In this document: one piece after another, positions 56,860 to 64,000 of the stretch | Layout: every line of letters begins with the position of its first letter | Position numbering within the stretch: the stretch's first letter is position 1 | Origin: Takakia lepidozioides | Lineage: Eukaryota; Plantae; Bryophyta | Assembly: GCA_030704615.1 (NCBI GenBank) | Contig: CM060734.1 | Location: 54,250,001 to 54,314,000 of the forward strand | DNA: 64,000 bases | Direction: 5' to 3' | The notes under the pieces: model-generated | Databases searched by the model: none | Seen by the model: the letters and a program-made list of their open reading frames with translations, nothing else | What the model was told of the DNA's origin: nothing | Made by a program: the position numbers and the translations under genes

Positions 56860-58200
56860 TGCGACTCAAGCCATCTGCATTGCAATTGACCAAACCCGGT
56901 CGATGCACCACCTGAAAGTCATACTCTTGAAGGATGAGTGCCCACCATGCAAGCTTCCCCGTCAGCTTGTCTGACTCCATCAACCACTTGAGTGGTTGGT
57001 GATCCGTGACAAGGGTGAAGAGATTGCCGTATAGATAGCACCTGAAGTGTGCCACGGCCCACACTGCAGCTAAGCATTCTCCCTCATATGAGCTATACTT
57101 AGACTCTGCAACATTGTTCGAGCGGCTAGCATAAGCCACTACGAACTCGCTTCCCTCATCATCCACCTGTGTGAGCACCGCTCCAAGCCCCAGCATGCTC
57201 CAATCTGTATGCAGCTGAAAAGGACGCCCCCTGATAGGTCGTCTCAAGATGGGCGCCGAGGTCAACCTCGCCTTGAGCTCTTGAAAAGTTTGTTCTTGCT
57301 CATCTTCCCACTGCCACTCCTGGTCCACCTTGGTCAGCTTGGTTAGAGCCTTTGCAATGGCACTAAATCCCTTAACAAACCGTCTGTAATAGTTTGCTAA
57401 CCCCATGAAAGCTCGAATTCGGCTCACATCCGTGGGGCGTGGAACCTGTGCAATGGATTCTACCTTAGTCTGTTGTACCCCCAATCCTCCAGGATATATC
57501 ATGTGACCCAGATACTCAATCTGGTTGTGGAAAAACTTGCGCTTTCCCGGATGTAACTTCAATCCGTGCGTCCTCAAGCGCTCAAATACCCCCTGAAGGT
57601 GTCTCTCATGCTCCTCCACCGTAGCACTAAAGATGATGATGTCATCTATGTAGCACCGAGCAAACTCCACCCCTGCTAGAATCCTGTCCATGACTCTTTG
57701 AAACTCAGCGGGAGCGTTTTTAAGCCCAAATGGTAAGAACCGCCACTGGTATAGGCAATCCTTCCCGTGCTCATTGATCCCCCAGAATGCCGTCTTTTGC
57801 TTATCCGCCTCCTTGATCGGCAACTGGTGATATCCAGATCGTAAATCCAACGTGCTAAAGACCTTGGAATGCCCAATGGCATCAAAGATCTCCTCTGGTG
57901 TTGGCATGGCATACCTATCGGACTTGGTCTGACGATTTACAGGCCGGTAATCACCGCACATACGTCTCTCCGTCTAATTGCCATAGACATCCTTCTTGGC
58001 TGGCATCACTGTGGCTGAAGCATACTCTCCACCAGAGAGCTCCACCAAACCTGCCTCCCAGAGATCTTGAGTCCTCATCTGAATCAAAGACCTCTCCATG
58101 TCACTATATCTATAGGGTCTCCGAAAGATTGGCGTGTCAGTGGCCAACTCAATACGGATCTCTTGACCCTTCAGTGCTCCCAAGTCCTTCAAACTGAAGG
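56860..58200 (-). pseudogene. Reverse transcriptase + RNase H
   Basis: CGDYR, LDLRSGYHQ, LPFGLKNAP, YIDD (57652-57641), LHTDWS, EGECLA and TDHQPL; TAG at 57974-57976. Confidence 0.95.
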
Positions 58201-58644
58201 CAAAGCATTTCCTGTAAGCCCTCAGGAACCGCCGTATACGTCGTCTCTCTCCTCCGGTGACAATGGGTCCAATGTCAGGCTCCCAATTGTCCTCCGTAAC
58301 TGCAATCTTAAGTCCAGTGGGCTTAGGGGTAGAGGACGCGTCCCGTGGTTGCTATGCTGCAACCTCTTGAGCAGTACTTCCTTCCTGCTCAGTCAGTGAC
58401 AAGGCCTCATCCTGCCCCATCATCTCACCATTGAGAACCTCCTCATCCCGGGAAGAATCCCCAACCTCATCCATCACAGCTGCTTTGGCTGCCAACTCCC
58501 TCTGAACCTCGAGCACCTCCCACGTGTGCCATGGATGTCTACACCCAATGGTCCTCACCGGCTCGCCCCCACTCGCTGCCTGTACCGTCTCGGTAGGCAG
58601 AGAGACCGTCAAGGGAAGTGCACTCCGCACTCTTCGTTGCTCAG

Positions 58645-59600
58645 CTCATAGCCAAGCTGATAATCCAGGTCAAGCAATTGAGATCCATTGCTTGCCCCAA
58701 CACCTGACGACGTGATGCCTCAGAAAGAGAAGGCACCGCCGTGGTCGCAGTGGAAAACCCCATAGCCCGCTCTCGCTCGTCGGCATTAGGCTCCACTAAC
58801 TGCTGCAACTGAGCATCCCACAGAAGGCCAGGTCCACCATCCCGAAAAGCATGGGATCATGGGAAGCTGAGCAGTGTAGGTAATGCTGCTCGTGGTTGAC
58901 CCACCCTGTTGACCACTGCCAAAGGCAAACGGTCATCGTGTCTCACACGTTGAGACTGCCTCCCTGTGTCCAAAATGCCATCCACGGTGAGGTGCGCTGA
59001 CCGCTGCACCCCATCAAATGCACGCTTGAGCAGTGCGGGTGGCATCAAGTTAGTCCACCATAGCCGTGGACGATGAGCTCGTGATCCCACTGCAGCTGCA
59101 TCCAGCAGCACTGCTAACCCAAGCCATGACCGGACTTGATGCACAATGGCCATCACCCTGGCCCGAGAATCGCCCATCAGTGGCACATTCTCCAAGATGT
59201 ATGCTGGCGATACAGCTTGATGAAGCTGCAAGTGGCGCAAAATCCGCACCATCTCCCAAAACAGACTCGTCCTCGAGTCTCGCAATCCGTTGCCATGCCC
59301 GGCTGATGAATGCCCTTGGCAGGGCCAACCTGCCACTACCAGATCAATGGAGCCAACCTGCTCCAAATCCGGCGCCCCCAGCAACGAAATGTCTGCTGGC
59401 AAGGCTTGTTGGTATCCACGAACTGCAGACACTGGCAACAAAGCAGGGTACTGTTGTACCAACTGAGCAACATGGCGCAGTGAGACGCGTCGTGCAGTCT
59501 CATCCCTCTCCACATACAGGTAACGCCTTACCCGCACACCTGCCTGTAGCACAGCAGCCAATCCAGTGCTGATCCCGCCAAACAAGTCCAGAAGGCAAAT
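58645..59600 (-). pseudogene. DNA (cytosine-5)-methyltransferase domain, DNMT3-like, embedded in pol between protease and RT
   Basis: Motif I LLDLFGGISTG, II YVE, III DI, IV DLVVAGWPCQG, VI YILENV and VIII AHRPRLWWTNL. Past the TGA at 58857-58859 the same frame gives IX ERERAMGF and X SRRQVLGQAM. Confidence 0.92.
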
Positions 59601-60039
59601 GCCTTTATCCGGATACTGCCACACAATAGGTGTGGTATCCAATGGTGACAACTGAGGTGGTCCTGGTGCAATACCCGCACTCTCCTCCTCTCCTGATGGT
59701 ACAAAAGCCTCTACCCAGGCTTGTTGCACCCGTCGATCAGCAACCTGCTGCAAATCCTTGCTCGTACCCCACAATGGAGTGTGAGTAACCATGGCAGGCA
59801 ACTCCACCATACCATGCATATCATCCTGCTCTGCTGGAGGTGGCACATCCTCTGCATGGGCATTGCCTTCCAGCAACTCTCCAGGCCAACTCACTGCAGC
59901 TGTAAAGATGGCTAGTGTTGGCATCTTGCCCCGCTGGGCAGCCGCAATACCCCCAATGAATGTCACAGGGAGTTGTGCACAACGACCATCCCCTGACTGC
60001 CATCCAGGCCTGTAGAATGCTGACTCATCCCAAAAATCC

Positions 60040-62555
60040 AGGGTGAAGCCCATGGGGTATAACACTGCCCCACCAACGAGGACATCATAAGAGACCGCGT
60101 CTGTTACAATGGCCTTGGCTCGCATTACTGAGCCATCGATAGGATGATCCGGCTGCAGTCTAATGGCCAACTGATGCCGTGTCATGCCCCGAGCCTGCTC
60201 TGATCCTCCCAGAGATGTCTATATCTGGAAAGGACAAGGCTCCATATCCGCCTCGATAAGGCCCAAACCTGCAATAGCAGCTCTGCCCAACATCAGTGGC
60301 TGAGCTCCCGAGTCCAACAAGACCCGCAGTGGCCGGTACTTCTTGCCTGCCGGTCCACTCAAAGAGAAAATGTCATCCTGGTTGTCTAACAAGACAACTC
60401 CAGGTGTCACCATGGCGCGCTCAAAGGCTGGCCTAGCTGGCAGCTCCGTCAACTTGGCAGCTGCAGCTTGCCAGGGCGCAGCCGTGGCAGTCTTGACCCT
60501 CAAATCCGAGGATCCCTCTGCCACTACACCTTCCACTAACTCCGCAGAAGATGAAGTGACCTCCCCACTCTCACAGAGTGTTGCTGCTAGTCTGAACACT
60601 GCAGCTGGCCTTACCCCCGGCGTCGCAATCATGGTTGCCGAGAACAATGGGGCTTGACACACAGAGGTGGCTGCCCCCAATAACACACCGGCTGCACTAG
60701 CCTTGGTAGCAGGTGTCAGTGCTGCACATGTAGCTCTCCCCAATGGCATAGTAACCTCCGCCTCGGTAACAGTCGGGCGAGAACTAGGTGCCATGGATGG
60801 CGTCGACACAGTCTCCGCCAATGTGAATGACTGAGGAAGCCTCGCCTGACGGCTTGCCTCCCCACGCTGTGGATCCAATTCCACCTCTGCACCTCGTGGC
60901 TCAGGAACTCGTGCTGCTCCTCGAGTCACTGCTGCAGCAGACTCCACCTGCTCTAGTGGTAGTGTTGCTCCGCACATGAATCCCATGCCTCCCATATCTC
61001 CTCCCTCAGGAGCAGGAGGTGGACCATCCCGCCTGGGAGCCGGTACCGCCTGAGCTATAGTCATGGTAGCGAGCCTCTGCTCTAGCTGCTGAAGCCGATT
61101 GGCCATGCCTTGGTCAACACCCTGACCTCCGCATCCTTGGCCATGTGGAGCTTGCCCTTGGCCTGCACCTCGTGCCCGACCACCTTGTCCTCTTTGGGCT
61201 GGTCCACCTCGCCCCCGGCCACCATTATTCCCTTGGAACTGGCCTGGGCGCAACTCAGGATGCAAGTCATAACACTGGGCATCTCCATGCCCATACTTGC
61301 CGCAATGCCCACACTGCAACTGTGCAGGCTGTGCTTGTGCCGGCCTTTTGCCACTCTCTGGGCAATCTCTCTTGACATGGGGTCCTCCACATGTCCAACA
61401 TATCACCCCTGGTTGCTGTTGGCCTGCAAAAGATGCCACGGGCCTCTGCACTTGAGGTCCCATGTAAGCTCCATGGAACTGGGGCTGGGCAACCTTGCCC
61501 CCCTGACCATGTTGTTGGGTAGTCCCTTGTGCCTGTGGGCTCACAGCTGTGCCCCGTGCAGGCATGTCCTTGCCAAATCCAATTGTAACAACTCGCTCCT
61601 CCACCATGTTGAGCTCAATCCGCTCAGCCAGCAGAAACACATATGCTAATGTGGGTTGGGCTGCTTGTAACAGGGTTGCATCTCGCACCCTTCTCTTGAG
61701 CTCCTTGTCCAGAATTCCATACCAAAACTGGATTGCCTGAGCTTCAGTAACCCCTTGGGTTACACTTATCAAGCGCCTCATACGAGTGTACGCCTCTCGC
61801 AGGCTCTCACTGGGTTTGCGCTGGAAGTCTTGCAAACTTCGCAGCTTCTCTGTCCGTACACCTTGGTAGTTCCTCCGTAACTCCTAGAAGAACTCCACCA
61901 CCGGGTTGAATCTAGGCACATGTGTTGTAGTCGTGGCAGGAGGAGTAGTAGCACCTTTTGAACTGGTACCACCTACAGAAGTACCAGCACTACTTGCTCC
62001 ACTACTAGTGCTGGCAGTGGGAGCTATTGGTACTGATGCAGCTACTGGTCGCGTCGTGCCTCGAGTAATGGAGACGTAGTCAGGTGACCAATACATCCTC
62101 CACTCCTCAATCTCTGCTTCATGTCCTCGCCTGAACTCGTGGTAATCGTCCATAGGCGGGCCTTCCAAATGCTGGAACAGTCCCTTCCACGCCATGAATG
62201 GGGTGAATAGCTGTGGATTGCGCATCTGCTGCAAATCACACCAGCTGTCGAACTCCTGGATAAAGTCATCCAACTCGATTGTGCCCACAGCTCCAGAGTA
62301 CCTACGAGGCCCCTTGGTAGCTCCATACATCTCCTCCATGTCGTCCCACAACAATGGCGAATGAAAGTGCACACTTGTTGATGAAGCCTCCGAGTCTGTG
62401 TCTGACTCTACAGTAGTTGAGGGTGGCGGTGAAGGTGGTCTGAACCGAATACCTCGTCTTGTGAACCCACTCTCACTGGTACTGCTTGTAGCCGTACTCC
62501 CCTCAAAACCCTTGGGTAACTCCGTAATGACACTCACAATGTGCACCTCCTCCAC
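60040..62555 (-). pseudogene. Gag (two zinc knuckles) and aspartic protease
   Basis: FQRKPSESLREAYTRM, CWTCGGPHVKRDC and CGHCGKYGHGDAQC; protease VLLDSGAQ...YDVLVGGAVL. One reading frame continues through TAG stops at 61884 and 60219. Confidence 0.9.
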
Positions 62556-64000
62556 GTGACACTATAAGGCTCTAGTACTAATCTAATAGTGACACGGGTG
62601 GGCACCTGTTGCAGTCTAAGGGTCATATCCCAATGGCTCAGGGCACGTGCTTTGAGACGGTTGCGGGTGTCCTCATTGCAAATGACTGCATCTCCTTCAC
62701 GCACAACAAACATGTCATTGCTGATGACTCCCATATGCAATCAATTCGTCCAACTGTTCTCCACTCAAATCAGTCTGAGTTCCTTGGGAAACATAAATCC
62801 TGTCCCCTTGTGTGCACAGGCTAAGAGAAGAGACCTGCCCTTCAATTACGTCATCATTTCCCCCAGCCATGCAAGGAGTACATCCACAGATTTATGTCTC
62901 ATGTAGACCACAACAGATTCTGGACACAGAATTGTGGATCTTTCATAGCACACTCACACTCTAAAAATTCCACAGATTTTTAGCAGAGTCCCCAAAACAA
63001 AAACCAGGTGTAGATATGTAGATTTCCCCTTTCTGCAGCTATCCACCCAAAAACTGAGTCAAACGGAGTCCATTTGACAAAGTTATGACCAACCAGGCTC
63101 TAAATCATTTAAATTATATCAGAGTTTTTTTTTTTTTTTTTAACACCAAAACGTTCCCGCCATTAAGAACCGTTCCCAGGTTTCATTTGTGGTTACAGGT
63201 GCACCACAGACTTGCTCGCTTAGTGAGCTGCTTTGCTCCAGCGACGACTCTCGAGCTCGGGTGTATGGCTATGGCGATGGTGATGGCCTGTGCAGCGTCA
63301 GGCATCTGTTTCCCGTAATGCAAGCACTCGAGCCATCCCTAATGCAGGGACAAGCCCTGATGATACTCTGTCAGAACCTGGTGGGCAGCTGCCATCTGCA
63401 CTTGCTCTCTCTTCAGACAATCTTCGGACCTAGTGTCAAATGTGGAAGTGGTGAAGGAGCTTATTGACAAAGGCAACTGTGTTGGACTATCCACAGAGTA
63501 GAGAGTAACCAGATCAGCTTCGTCATTTAGTTGAAGCTTGGAGCATAGGTCTGCATACTCCGATAGGGCAAGGCACTATCTCAATTCAGGTAGCGATCAA
63601 TTTCAATGTAGAAGCATACCCGCTAGCGGTATACTGATCCACCACAACATCCCCGTTGGACTTGTCTGCAATGTTCCCTGCAGCTTTGCAAGCTCGTGTA
63701 CCGAGTGTCTGGCCAAGTTGGGCAGCAACAGCATTCAGACTGGCCACAAACTTCAAGGTTGGATAACCACTCACTCCATATCTCGGTCACAGGTCTCCTC
63801 TGTCTTTGAGCTATGTTGGGTGGACTTGCTGGAGGGAAAGGTTGCTGGTCATTCCAACTGACACCAAGCATTTCAGTTCAGCCTTCTACCCGGCCGGCGC
63901 TACCACTGCCGTTGCTGTCCTACCAGCCAATGTCCCCGACCCCGTGCTTGCGACCCTACGCCACCACGCTACCTCCCTGCAGCTCCAACACATGGTTAGA

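Larger units (their letters stand above)
54865..62740 (-). mobile_element. Ty3/Gypsy LTR retrotransposon (decayed) encoding Gag-PR-DNMT-RT-RH-IN-PHD; 3' LTR present, 5' LTR not found
   Basis: Domain order RT-RNaseH-integrase; polypurine tract followed by TG at 55474; at least five in-frame stops and several frame breaks. The 5' boundary is approximate. Confidence 0.93.

Noticed and set aside
58857-60185. Methyltransferase ORF as a bacterial restriction-modification gene or stand-alone host DNMT
   Set aside because: It is in frame with Gag and protease, is flanked by RT, has no introns or cognate nuclease, and shows the same decay as the element.

Overview
Eukaryotic nuclear DNA from a land plant, probably a non-seed plant. 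This is inferred from the intron-rich plant genes and the dense cluster of PLS-DYW RNA-editing PPR genes; the species cannot be determined. From left to right the window holds: the 5' part of an L1-type LINE inserted in a decayed PPR gene; a PPR gene whose DYW domain is inactivated; an intact PPR-DYW gene; a frameshifted VMA12/TMEM199-like gene; a PLAC8 gene; tRNA-derived SINEs and other dispersed or tandem repeats; a 13-exon NDR kinase; intronless BUD13; a second intact PPR-DYW gene; a 3-exon plant-specific gene; and a decayed Ty3/Gypsy LTR retrotransposon. The most notable item is this retrotransposon. Its reconstructed single polyprotein reads Gag - protease - DNMT3-like cytosine-C5 DNA methyltransferase - RT - RNase H - integrase - PHD finger, so it carries its own putative DNA-methylation writer and chromatin reader. 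The PHD finger is not in the ORF track and was found by manual translation.
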